DNA of 64,000 nt from Bacillota bacterium. Its GTDB lineage: Bacteria > Bacillota > Sulfobacillia > UBA3575 > DUQP01. The notes beneath the pieces were generated by a model. The model was given only the letters and a program-made list of their open reading frames with translations, made no database searches and was not told the origin of the DNA. Position 1 is the stretch's first letter. Every line of letters begins with the position of its first letter. Positions 10,395-19,605 of the stretch are shown in pieces. The stretch covers positions 7,152-71,151 of the forward strand of contig DUQP01000036.1 in NCBI GenBank assembly GCA_012837735.1. Reading direction: 5' to 3'. The position numbers and the translations under genes were made by a program.

Positions 10395-10513
10395 TCCGCC
10401 ATCTCCCTTGTCAAACATCATAACACAAAACAGCACGATCGCACTTTGAACATATTGGCTTTTCGACATAGCACGCCTGCTCCTGCATATGATTTGAACG
10501 GGAGTGGTGTCCG

Positions 10514-11251
10514 GTGATGCTGTTTGCGATCGATCGACATAAAAAAGCCCGCCTGATTCTAATCGGCGGCCTGTTTGCTCTCCTCATTTTAGCCCGATTG
10601 GTTGTGTTGTTCGATGATGGTCATTTGGTCACGGCCACCCGTTTGAAACCTGTACGCCAGATTAACACCGATGTCCCGGCCGTAGCCTTAACGTTCGACT
10701 TAGCCTATGGCGAAGACACCCTACCCCTTTTGCTCAAAACCCTCCGAGAGCAAAGCATCCCGGCCACCTTCTTTTTGAGCGGCTCATGGGCATCCGCCCA
10801 TCCGGCCTTAGTGGATGTCATCCAAGCGGATGGCCATACCATCGGCACGTTGGGCTACAGTGGTGGCCGTTTATGCGATCTGGGCGCAGCGGCGCTGCAA
10901 GCCGAGCTATCCAGTGCCATCAAAGCCCTGGCCGCCCAGACAGGCCATACGCCACAATTTTTCCGCCCACCGGATGGAGCATGCAATGATGACCTGGTGC
11001 AGGTAGCGACCGAGCAAGGCCTGTTGACCATCCTCTGGACTGTTGAAGCTGCGCCCGGCCGGGTGCGCGACAGCGAGGCATTGGTGCACAGGGTGGTGGC
11101 GCGCGTTCGCCCGGGCGCGATTATCCGCCTGCGTGCGGATGATGGCGCTTACCTCACCTATGCCGCCCTACCAGAACTAATCACAGCCTTAAAAGCGCAT
11201 GGTCTTTGCTGCCTGGCCCTGCCCGATTTATTCGCCGCCGCAATCGATTAA
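10514..11251 (+). CDS. Membrane-anchored polysaccharide deacetylase (CE4/NodB homology domain) with non-canonical catalytic motifs
   Basis: 245 aa; N-terminal TM; TFDLAYGED in place of TFDDG, and the HS/TxxHP motif is degenerate (SGSWASAHP). Confidence 0.7.
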   Translation: MMLFAIDRHKKARLILIGGLFALLILARLVVLFDDGHLVTATRLKPVRQINTDVPAVALTFDLAYGEDTLPLLLKTLREQSIPATFFLSGSWASAHPALVDVIQADGHTIGTLGYSGGRLCDLGAAALQAELSSAIKALAAQTGHTPQFFRPPDGACNDDLVQVATEQGLLTILWTVEAAPGRVRDSEALVHRVVARVRPGAIIRLRADDGAYLTYAALPELITALKAHGLCCLALPDLFAAAID

Positions 11252-11280
11252 AAAAGCGCCCCGAAAGGGCGCCCCTTGAT
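11251..11280. terminator. Bidirectional intrinsic terminator (strong for rodZ on minus, weaker for the deacetylase gene on plus)
   Basis: AAAAAGCGCCC-cgaaa-GGGCGCcccTT; on the minus strand the hairpin is followed by TTTTTT. Confidence 0.6.
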
Positions 11281-12089
11281 TATTCAGTTTCCCTTTCAAA
11301 CACAACATTTAAAGGCTGATCCGCCGCCCCTGCTCTGCCCAGTTCCACGCCGTTAGCAGTTAAAGTAATGGCACTGGGGTTGCCAAGTCTGATCCACAAG
11401 CGCTCCTGAGCGGCAAAATTCTGTTGCTCATCTTCCCCGAAACTGCCCTCATAAATCAGCTCGCCATCCGCTCGCACTTGTAGCCAGCAACGCCAATCAC
11501 AATGCACCTGCACCGTGATGTCCTCAGCCCCGCTTACCAAGTACTCCGCTTGCATCACGTCCCGACTGGTTTCCACCACGTTCACCGGCAAAGGAGATTC
11601 TTCACCAGGTGGTGGCTGCTCGGTTTCATGCGCATTGTTTACTGTTGGGTTCTGTTCCCCGGCCGGGTCCTGCACTGCCGGAGTTGCGGGCGTATTCCCC
11701 AATAAATGGATTCCTCCACCCACCACCGCTCCAATCAATAATAACAATACCGCGGCGATTACCAGGGCCCTTCCCCTCAGGCCGCCACCATCCCGCTGCC
11801 TAACCAGTATTTTAATTTCGGGCGTTTCTTCCGTTGGCACACCTTCCTGACACTGGGTTTCTTTAGTCTCCCTGTATCTGCCGGCCAGTTCCTCGCCATT
11901 CAACCCCAAACAATTGGCGTATGTGCGCAAAAACCCACGCGCATACACCTCCCCGGGAATTTTTTCATCCTCGCCGTCTTCTAAAGCCCGCAGGTATTTC
12001 ATGCGAATTTTGGTCTGTTCCTGGATATCCTCCAATCTCAGACCCATTTCTTCGCGAGTTTTCCTCAATAAGGCCCCTATCTCTTTCAA
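11280..12089 (-). CDS. rodZ: Cytoskeleton protein RodZ (HTH XRE domain, TM, C-terminal DUF4115)
   Basis: 269 aa; N-terminal HTH (IGALLRKTREEMGLRLEDIQEQTKIRMKYLRALE), single TM, Pro/Glu-rich linker, C-terminal beta domain. Corresponds to B. subtilis YmfM. Confidence 0.8.
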   Translation of the reverse strand: MKEIGALLRKTREEMGLRLEDIQEQTKIRMKYLRALEDGEDEKIPGEVYARGFLRTYANCLGLNGEELAGRYRETKETQCQEGVPTEETPEIKILVRQRDGGGLRGRALVIAAVLLLLIGAVVGGGIHLLGNTPATPAVQDPAGEQNPTVNNAHETEQPPPGEESPLPVNVVETSRDVMQAEYLVSGAEDITVQVHCDWRCWLQVRADGELIYEGSFGEDEQQNFAAQERLWIRLGNPSAITLTANGVELGRAGAADQPLNVVFERETE

Positions 12090-12206
12090 CCAAAATCACC
12101 TCTAGCCCTGCCAGGCCTCTTAAGGCTCTCTTGGCCCATATTCCACATTAACAAAGTCTCTCCTGCCGAATTGACTGTCATTTCCCCATATTCTGGCCGC
12201 AGGCTC

Positions 12207-14942
12207 CTATTGAGCCACCACAACCGCCTGCAGCTCTTCCAGTACCCGGCCCAATTCCGCCACCCGTTCACCGTATAAAGCCCAGTTCCCTGCCCGCAGG
12301 GCAGCCTGCGCTTCATCATATAGCTGGTTGGCCTGTTCCAGTAGTTGGGCCAGACCTGGTTGTGCCACACCCGGTGTGGAGGGCAATGCCGGTTGTCCCT
12401 GGCCAGCACCGAAAATTGTCGCCAGCGCTTCCTCAAGGGTGGGCGCCATAATCACATTATCGCCATAGGCGACGATAATCCGTTTCAGCTCCGGCAACTG
12501 ATTCCCGGTCGCCTGCAGGAATAATGGCTCCACATACAGCAAGGAATCGGCAATCGGAATAACCAACAAATTGCCTCTGATTACTTGCGACCCGCGTTGT
12601 CCCCACAATGCCAGCTGTTGCGAAATTACCGCATCCTGGTCAATGCGGGCCTCGATCTGGGCTGGACCGAACACCAGCGTGTCTTTCGGGAAGCGATATA
12701 AAATCAATTCACCGTAATGCTCGCCGTCATTACGGGCGGCAAACCAGGCAATCATATTATCTTTCTGCAATGGGGTGAACGGCATCAACAAGACAAATTC
12801 CGCTTCCTCGCCATCTGGCAACCGCATAATAGTGTAATACGGTTCCACCGGCTGCTTTTTGTCGCCGAACACTTCGTTCGGTATGCTCCATGAGTCCTCC
12901 TTGTTATAGAACATCATTGGGTCATCCATATGGAAATTGGCGTAGATCTGCGCCTGAATCCGGAACAACATTTCCGGATAGCGCAAGTGGTTAAGCAGGC
13001 CCTCCGGAAGCTCGGAAATGGGCTGGAATAGATCTGGGAAGATGCCAGCGTAGCTGCGCACCAGGGGATCCTGTTCGTCAATGATATAAAACCCTACTGA
13101 GCCGTTGTAAGCATCCACAACGACTTTCACCGAGTTACGGATATAGTTTACGCCCCCGCCGATCGGTTCGGAATACGGGTACCTATCACTCACTGTATAA
13201 CCATCTAAAATCCAGTATAACTTGCCATCGTCGTTGATTACCAAATACGGATCTTGATCGTAAGTCAGGAAGGGGGCGATCCGTTCCACCCGGTCCACAA
13301 TGTTCCGGTACATCATCACCCGGCTGTCGGGTGTCACCGCTCCCGATAATAGTATTCGATAACTGCCGAATCGCAAAGCAAACGCCGCTTTATTCACCAG
13401 GGAACCGATCCGCACACCACCCGTGCCCTGATACGTCGTCATGGCGTTGCGCTCACCAATAGGATAATCGAATTCTTCCTCCTGGCTGCGCACGATCACA
13501 TAATCACCGGCCACTTCCCCATAATAGATTGCCGGCTCGGTCACTTCTAAATCAATGCTGGAGCGCGGCGGAATGTCTTTGATCAAAAACACCGGCAATC
13601 CCTCTGTGGTAACGGCGGTGGCCGGGCTGAGCGCCACCCCATAACCATGCGTATATTTCAACCTTTGGTTCACCCAGGTTTTAGCGCGTTCTTGCAGTCT
13701 TTCCGGATCAAGTTCACGCGCGGCCAACATCACCTGTTGGTAACGACCGTTGATTGTATAGCGGTCCACATCAACATCTTTGAAAACGTAGTATGGCCTT
13801 ATCCCCTGCAGTTGTGCGTAGGTCTGGAGTAGTGGCCGCACATCCCAAATCCGAATATTGTTGACCGTTTCATAGTTGGCATCCAAATCTTGCCGGTCCA
13901 AGTTCTCGGAAGCCGGAAAATCAGACACCACAACATCGTCCAAACCGTACCCCAAGCGCGTGTATTGAATGTTGTATTCAATATATTTCTGTTCTTTGGC
14001 AAATTCGTTTGGGGAAACCACAAACTGCTGCACAACCGTCGGGTAGGCGCTTCCCACCACCACGGAAGCGATTCCCAAAGCTATCACACCACCGATAAAC
14101 AACCGCCAACGCTGCAACCAGATGTTCACAATCAATAAGATCGCCAACAGCAGTGCGATCCCCATTAAGATATAAAAACCTGGCAGTTGGGCATGGACAT
14201 CCGCATAGGCGGCGCCAAACACAGCTCCACGCTGGGAATAGACTAAATTAAACATCGCTAACCGATATCCTAAAGCCTTAAGAATAAACAGGAATGCTGT
14301 TAGTGCTGAAACATGCGCCCGCATGCGCGGTGAAATGCTTATGCCGCCACCCTCGTTAAAAGAAAAAGCGCCGCTGAAGAAATAGATCGCCGTCACAGCC
14401 GCCAGAGCCACCAGGCCCATCCCGAATAACGTTTGGTAAAGCAACTCTAAGACAGGAAGTGAAAAAACGAAAAAGCCTACATCCAGCCCGAACAACGGGT
14501 CTGCCACTCCAAAAGGACTGCTGTGCAGGTAACGCAGAATCACAGGCCATTGACCGGATAAAGCGGCTCCAGCCAACAGGCCCATCACTAAACTGGCCAA
14601 AATACCCAATAACCAGTATCCGCGGGAAGTGAAAAGGTGTTCCCACGGTGTTCCCACCATCCGCCGCTGCAGTTGCCAAAATGATCCTTTGGCAACGCTG
14701 AGATTCACCAGCAAAAACAGCGCATACACCAGCCCCACTGCAGCCGCCATGCCCAGCTGGCTGAAAAGTACGCGCAGAAATACCCCTTGCAGGTCAAGGC
14801 TTTTGAACCACAAATAGTCTGTATAATAACCGGCGCCAGCAAAAAATAGCGCGAACAACAATCCAAGCGCAATCAGTACAATAGTAATACCCCGACCTGA
14901 TCGCCTGGGTGGAGTCATCTGTTCAAACGGGTCGGTTGACAA
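12207..14942 (-). CDS. UPF0182 family polytopic membrane protein
   Basis: 911 aa; about 7 N-terminal TM helices followed by a large extracytoplasmic domain; the length and architecture of UPF0182 proteins of Firmicutes/Actinobacteria. Confidence 0.7.
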   Translation of the reverse strand: MSTDPFEQMTPPRRSGRGITIVLIALGLLFALFFAGAGYYTDYLWFKSLDLQGVFLRVLFSQLGMAAAVGLVYALFLLVNLSVAKGSFWQLQRRMVGTPWEHLFTSRGYWLLGILASLVMGLLAGAALSGQWPVILRYLHSSPFGVADPLFGLDVGFFVFSLPVLELLYQTLFGMGLVALAAVTAIYFFSGAFSFNEGGGISISPRMRAHVSALTAFLFILKALGYRLAMFNLVYSQRGAVFGAAYADVHAQLPGFYILMGIALLLAILLIVNIWLQRWRLFIGGVIALGIASVVVGSAYPTVVQQFVVSPNEFAKEQKYIEYNIQYTRLGYGLDDVVVSDFPASENLDRQDLDANYETVNNIRIWDVRPLLQTYAQLQGIRPYYVFKDVDVDRYTINGRYQQVMLAARELDPERLQERAKTWVNQRLKYTHGYGVALSPATAVTTEGLPVFLIKDIPPRSSIDLEVTEPAIYYGEVAGDYVIVRSQEEEFDYPIGERNAMTTYQGTGGVRIGSLVNKAAFALRFGSYRILLSGAVTPDSRVMMYRNIVDRVERIAPFLTYDQDPYLVINDDGKLYWILDGYTVSDRYPYSEPIGGGVNYIRNSVKVVVDAYNGSVGFYIIDEQDPLVRSYAGIFPDLFQPISELPEGLLNHLRYPEMLFRIQAQIYANFHMDDPMMFYNKEDSWSIPNEVFGDKKQPVEPYYTIMRLPDGEEAEFVLLMPFTPLQKDNMIAWFAARNDGEHYGELILYRFPKDTLVFGPAQIEARIDQDAVISQQLALWGQRGSQVIRGNLLVIPIADSLLYVEPLFLQATGNQLPELKRIIVAYGDNVIMAPTLEEALATIFGAGQGQPALPSTPGVAQPGLAQLLEQANQLYDEAQAALRAGNWALYGERVAELGRVLEELQAVVVAQ

Positions 14943-14968
14943 TTGGCCACCTCCCGGAAGATATCTTT

Positions 14969-15475
14969 CTAATTATGCCCAATGGGGCAATTCTCTACAA
15001 TACTTTCCGACTCCTGCCCCGCCAACCGCTTTTGCTCGCGCCGGGAAAGCCAAAATCCAACCGCCACCGTTACGGCCAAAGCGATCGCCGCCCGCAATCC
15101 CAATAATATCAAACCATTACCCCCGACGCTAACAAAAATCAGGGTGTCTTCGATCATACCGTGGAAAAGCCCGATAAACAACAAAGCCAGTGTTAACTGA
15201 CTGCGCCGCAAATGCCCCTCCCGGCGCATTTGGATCACGACTCCGGCTCCATAAGCCAGGCCGATGAACAAAGCCGTCGCCACCGGTACGCCAGCTTCTC
15301 CAGGCAAATACAACCGTTGCATCACCGGTTGCAAACACTTTGAGATTTTTTCTAGCCAGCCACTCTCCTTCAGTGCCTCAATCACAATCATCGCAATCAC
15401 GATCAAAACAGCAATGCGCAAGAGGGCGCTGCCGGCTTGATGCAAAGAATCACTCAATACAACTCCCCAATTCAT
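14969..15475 (-). CDS. spmB: Nucleoside-recognition (Gate) domain membrane protein, SpmB-like
   Basis: Likely start MNWGVV at 15475 (RBS AAGGGGG); hydrophobic Gate-domain protein; paired with the upstream homolog as in spmA-spmB. Confidence 0.5.
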   Translation of the reverse strand: MNWGVVLSDSLHQAGSALLRIAVLIVIAMIVIEALKESGWLEKISKCLQPVMQRLYLPGEAGVPVATALFIGLAYGAGVVIQMRREGHLRRSQLTLALLFIGLFHGMIEDTLIFVSVGGNGLILLGLRAAIALAVTVAVGFWLSRREQKRLAGQESESIVENCPIGHN

Positions 15476-15488
15476 ATCGCCCGCCCCC

Positions 15489-15917
15489 TTATAGCAGTTG
15501 CCCCAACAGCACACCCGCCAACAAGGCGGCCGCCAAACGGGCACCCAATACTATCAGACCGTTGGCCCCCGCCCGCGCAGCGATGGCCGTTTCCGTAATC
15601 AAGCTGTGGGCAATCAGCACCATGGTACCGAGAATAGTCATTTCAGCAGGGGACAGACGCAAACCCACCGCTAAACCGACTGAACCATAAGGCCCAACCA
15701 AGAAGCCGACCACTAAAGCGATCGCCGCTTCACCCGGTAAGCCGAACCATGACATCACCGGTTCCAGCAGCACCGCCAGACGGGGCATGATCCCGGCCGC
15801 TTCCAATACCCCAACCAAAATAATGGCCGGCACCATGACTACCGCCAGCTCCAATATCACTCCCCAACTGTTGCGCATCCCGCGCTCTATGACACCTTTC
15901 ACATTCATGGCCTTCAC
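15489..15917 (-). CDS. spmA: Nucleoside-recognition (Gate) domain membrane protein, SpmA-like
   Basis: 142 aa hydrophobic Gate-domain protein; first of a tandem pair. Confidence 0.5.
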   Translation of the reverse strand: MKAMNVKGVIERGMRNSWGVILELAVVMVPAIILVGVLEAAGIMPRLAVLLEPVMSWFGLPGEAAIALVVGFLVGPYGSVGLAVGLRLSPAEMTILGTMVLIAHSLITETAIAARAGANGLIVLGARLAAALLAGVLLGQLL

Positions 15918-15918
15918 C

Positions 15919-16914
15919 TCACAAACCGCAAGAGCCCTGCAAGTCGTTTTTAATAAATATGTTGCGTTTCAGGATCCGGTCAAACCCACTCCACCTATCC
16001 GAACCGTCCTCGTTGGCTGCCAGGTGTAGTGAAAAACGCGCCACGCGCGCACTCATTAGGTCAGCATAATGCAAGGCAGCGGCCTCGGCGGTCTGTGGCA
16101 GCACGGGCGCCCCATAAGCCAGTTCCCCATGGTGGCTGAGGATGAGATGACCCATGGCCAAAGCCAGGTCGGGGGGAAACCCCGGATATCTCTCTATCCG
16201 CGCCATCACTATTTCATACCCCATGACCGTGTGCCCGATCAAACGGCCGTAATCGGTCATGTCTATCATTGTTTGGAATGTGTATTCTCTGATTTTGCCT
16301 ATATCGTGCAACAAGCCGCCACAGCGCAGCAGATCCATGTTCAAGAATGGTTGTGTGTCCCGCAATGCCTCCAAAAGCCGTACTACCTCGAGTGAGTGTT
16401 CTGCCAACCCGCCTAAATAAGCGTGGTGCACCTGCTGCGCAGCCGGGGCCGTCAGAAAAGTGTCCCGCCATTTTTCCTCTTCAAACCAATCCCCTACTAA
16501 ACGCCGCAAGTGCGGGTTGGCAATGTTCGCCATCACCGCTTGCACATTTTGCCAGAGTTGCTCAGTGGAAAACGTACTCCTGGGCAGAAAATCTTCCTGG
16601 TCGATCTCATTGTCCGGCACCGGTCGCATCATCTGCACCACCAGTTGGGCGTTACCTCGATACTCTTCCACATTACCGGCCACCAACACGACATCACCGG
16701 TTTGCAGCCATTCGTGAATCTCAGTCGCCCCGTCCCAGACCCTTGCTTCGATTACGCCAGTTTTGTCTGCCAAGCTCAGCAACAAATAAGAGCCTTTGCT
16801 GGGATCTTTAAACGGAAGCATCTGCTTTTTTTGTACAACAAAAGCCGAGCTCGCCCTCTGGCCCGGCTTCAGGTCTTTCACAAACACCTCTTTCAATGCC
16901 AACCCTCCTACCAA
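15919..16914 (-). CDS. yhaM: 3'-5' exoribonuclease YhaM (OB-fold + HD domain)
   Basis: 331 aa; N-terminal OB fold and HD motif (LLHDIGK, HH...). Confidence 0.8.
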   Translation of the reverse strand: MVGGLALKEVFVKDLKPGQRASSAFVVQKKQMLPFKDPSKGSYLLLSLADKTGVIEARVWDGATEIHEWLQTGDVVLVAGNVEEYRGNAQLVVQMMRPVPDNEIDQEDFLPRSTFSTEQLWQNVQAVMANIANPHLRRLVGDWFEEEKWRDTFLTAPAAQQVHHAYLGGLAEHSLEVVRLLEALRDTQPFLNMDLLRCGGLLHDIGKIREYTFQTMIDMTDYGRLIGHTVMGYEIVMARIERYPGFPPDLALAMGHLILSHHGELAYGAPVLPQTAEAAALHYADLMSARVARFSLHLAANEDGSDRWSGFDRILKRNIFIKNDLQGSCGL

Positions 16915-16955
16915 ATGCTTTCCCCCTTCTTTCGACGCACCGGCACGCCCTCCTG

Positions 16956-18692
16956 CTACCGGGCGCTATGGACGGGGAATCGCACCCGGAACAACGTCCC
17001 TTTTCCCTCTTCGCTTTCCACCTCAACCTGGCCGTGATGTTGTTCCACCACACCTTTCACAATGCTCAATCCTAAACCACTGCCACTGACTCCCCTTTCG
17101 CCCTTGACACGATAAAACCGCTCAAATATGCGCGGGAGGTGTTGGGTTGGTATTCCCTGCCCTTCATCGCACACTTCCAACACCACCTCCAACGGTCGCC
17201 GCTCAATCCGCAACACTATCGTCCCCGGTGCCTGGCTATATTTGATTGCGTTACTGAGCAAATTGCTGATCACATGACCCAGCGCGATACTATCCCCCGA
17301 CATCATCGCCCGTTCATTCCCGGGGAAAATGGCTTTCAGTTCCAATCCTTTTTGAGCAGCTTGCGGACCATAACGGGCCAGGGCTTCTTTCGCCACCGTG
17401 ACCAAGTTGACACTTGTCAACCGTTGCCGGCTCACCCCTAAGTCGGCTTCGTTCAAAACTAGAATCCTTTCAATCATTTCCTCCAAATCCAGCGCCGCCT
17501 TGCCTATTTCCTCCAAATAGCTGTGACTTCGGTCAGCCTCATCTACTGCGGCGGCCAGTTGCACAAAACCGCTGATGGTCGCCAACGGTGTCTTTAGATC
17601 ATGTGTCACCCAACGCATGAACTCCCGGCGCGCTGCCTCCTGCTCCAACTCCCGGGACACATCCCAAATCGTTACCACCTTGCGTACCAGGGCCCCTGTG
17701 CTTTCCGGCTGCAATACCACCTGGTCAACTACAACCTCCACATCCCGAAATCCCTGTCCAGACCGCAGACGATGTCGAAAGCGCCTGCCCGGCAACACCG
17801 GGCGGTCATGTCTGTGATCATCAAACAGCCCCCAAAATGACATGCCTTGCAATTCTCGATGCGTGCGGCCAGTCATCTCCTGAAAAGCAGCATTCACTGC
17901 CAGCAACCTGTCCTTTTCATCCAGCAAAGCCAACCCCGCCCCACAACTGGCAAAGACCGCCTCCCACTGTTCGTTTTTTTGAATGCTGGCCTCCTGTAAT
18001 TCACCATCAAACAAAACCATAGAACGGGTAATCAATAATGGTGCCAAAAAGGCCAAAATTCCCATGATGCCCATACCCTCATACATCTTGACCAACAAAA
18101 AGGCCATTCCCGCCAATAACGCCTGATTAGGCCATTTCCGTCGCCACTGTGCCCATATCCGTTTCAGGCCATCAAAACCATTGGCTATAATTCCTTCTCC
18201 CAAGCGCAAAAAGGAAGGTCCGCAGCACACGACGATCGCCGCTAAGAGCACCCCCAGGGGATACAAAAGTCCAACCCAGGCAACTGCCAGTACTGCCGGG
18301 ATCCCCACTGTCCCAATGGCAAATAGCATCCGCTCCCACCGTCTTTGCCATGGCTGTACGGCCTGCAAAATGGCGGGCAATACTAACACGAACAGCCCGT
18401 GCGTGCCGAACAAAATGATGGCCATTAATCCCACCGCCGGCGTGACAGTAATAGACATCCCATACAGCAAGCGCACCGGCACAAATTCCATTAATGTGGC
18501 CAGCAAGGTTAAAACCATGATCGTGAACGACGGCACTCCTGCTTGCACAAGAGCAACCAACAAGGAGATCGTACCACCAAACCCAATCATCCTGTTGTAA
18601 ATCGTTTCCCATTTGATTCTTGCCCTCATCTGATAACCCCCAGGCCTAAACAGCTTTTTGGGCAATACTAAACTGGCAGGAATTTCGTTCAC
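16956..18692 (-). CDS. Orphan sensor histidine kinase (about 6 TM + PAS + HisKA + HATPase_c)
   Basis: 578 aa; H-box VTHDLKTPLATISGF, N/G boxes in the C-terminal ATPase domain; no adjacent response regulator. Confidence 0.85.
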   Translation of the reverse strand: MNEIPASLVLPKKLFRPGGYQMRARIKWETIYNRMIGFGGTISLLVALVQAGVPSFTIMVLTLLATLMEFVPVRLLYGMSITVTPAVGLMAIILFGTHGLFVLVLPAILQAVQPWQRRWERMLFAIGTVGIPAVLAVAWVGLLYPLGVLLAAIVVCCGPSFLRLGEGIIANGFDGLKRIWAQWRRKWPNQALLAGMAFLLVKMYEGMGIMGILAFLAPLLITRSMVLFDGELQEASIQKNEQWEAVFASCGAGLALLDEKDRLLAVNAAFQEMTGRTHRELQGMSFWGLFDDHRHDRPVLPGRRFRHRLRSGQGFRDVEVVVDQVVLQPESTGALVRKVVTIWDVSRELEQEAARREFMRWVTHDLKTPLATISGFVQLAAAVDEADRSHSYLEEIGKAALDLEEMIERILVLNEADLGVSRQRLTSVNLVTVAKEALARYGPQAAQKGLELKAIFPGNERAMMSGDSIALGHVISNLLSNAIKYSQAPGTIVLRIERRPLEVVLEVCDEGQGIPTQHLPRIFERFYRVKGERGVSGSGLGLSIVKGVVEQHHGQVEVESEEGKGTLFRVRFPVHSAR

Positions 18693-18750
18693 CGCACAGA
18701 ATTAACACTCGGAACGCTGTTCCAAAAATTCCAGAAGGAGGACCTGTGCT

Positions 18751-19566
18751 ATGGCATCATGTGCTGTCTTCGGGGGGAGCGACCCCCGTGCTGAAGTGTC
18801 ATCAGCTGTCTTTGCTTTAACTCCAGCTGAGTCAAAGCGTCTCATTGCCAAAGGTGTAGCAAATTTGCCGGAAGTGAAGGCCGCCCTACAAAAAGGCCGC
18901 GTCGTAATAGCAACCGGTTCCACCACCGGTTACGTAGCTGAAGAGATCCTTGGCCGGCAATTTGAACGGAAAAAATTTCTGTCCGGCCACATCTTTGATG
19001 GCCTGTTATGCGCCATGGGCGATCATCCCGCCCTGTATCCCTTTGTAATCATTGATGGTCAGGTAATCGATGTCCCACCAGAGGACATCCTGCCTGATTT
19101 TGAGGCCACAGACGTTTTTATCAAGAGCGCTAACGCTGTAGACATCAATGGACATGCCGGTGTCCTGATGGCAAATGAACTGGGTGGCACGATTGGGATG
19201 GCTTTAGGCATCCTCACTTCGCGCGGCGCTAATTTAATCGTTCCGGTCGGCATGGAAAAGATGATTCCTTCCGTAACCGAGGCCTCTCGGAGACTCGGTA
19301 CCAGAAGGGTGAAATATGGTTTGGAAAGCGCGGCGCTGGAAGGCAAAATTGGATTGATGCCACTCGTAACCGCTACCGTTATCACAGAGGTGACTGCCCT
19401 ACACCGTTTGTGTGATGTGGAAGTCTTCCACATTGCCTCCGGCGGCATCGGTGGCTCCGAAGGTTCTGTGGTCTTGCTGATAGAAGGTAAAGAAGAAAAC
19501 GTGCAATCCGCTCTCTCGCTGATCAAGGAAATTAAGGGCGAGCCTCCTTTTGGGCGCCCCTACTAA
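18751..19566 (+). CDS. Conserved hypothetical protein (function unknown), divergent from the histidine kinase
   Basis: 271 aa; RBS AAGGAGG 8 nt upstream; Gly-rich segments (GSTTGY, ASGGIGGSEGS); no family confidently recognised. Confidence 0.5.
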   Translation: MASCAVFGGSDPRAEVSSAVFALTPAESKRLIAKGVANLPEVKAALQKGRVVIATGSTTGYVAEEILGRQFERKKFLSGHIFDGLLCAMGDHPALYPFVIIDGQVIDVPPEDILPDFEATDVFIKSANAVDINGHAGVLMANELGGTIGMALGILTSRGANLIVPVGMEKMIPSVTEASRRLGTRRVKYGLESAALEGKIGLMPLVTATVITEVTALHRLCDVEVFHIASGGIGGSEGSVVLLIEGKEENVQSALSLIKEIKGEPPFGRPY

Positions 19567-19578
19567 AAAGAAATTGGC

Positions 19579-19603
19579 AAGGGGTCGCCCCTGGCGGCCC
19601 CTT
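19579..19603. terminator. Convergent intrinsic terminator (T-tract on minus strand, serving the GGDEF/HD-GYP gene; also ends the + gene)
   Basis: AAGGGGtCGCC-cctg-GCGGcCCCTT hairpin; minus-strand read-out is followed by TTTCTTTTT. Confidence 0.55.
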
Positions 19604-19605
19604 CC

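Noticed and set aside
18172-18612. Overlapping 146-aa (-) and 139-aa (+) ORFs inside the histidine kinase gene
   Set aside because: Both lie within the kinase TM-domain coding region, in alternative frames or antisense; these are compositional artefacts.
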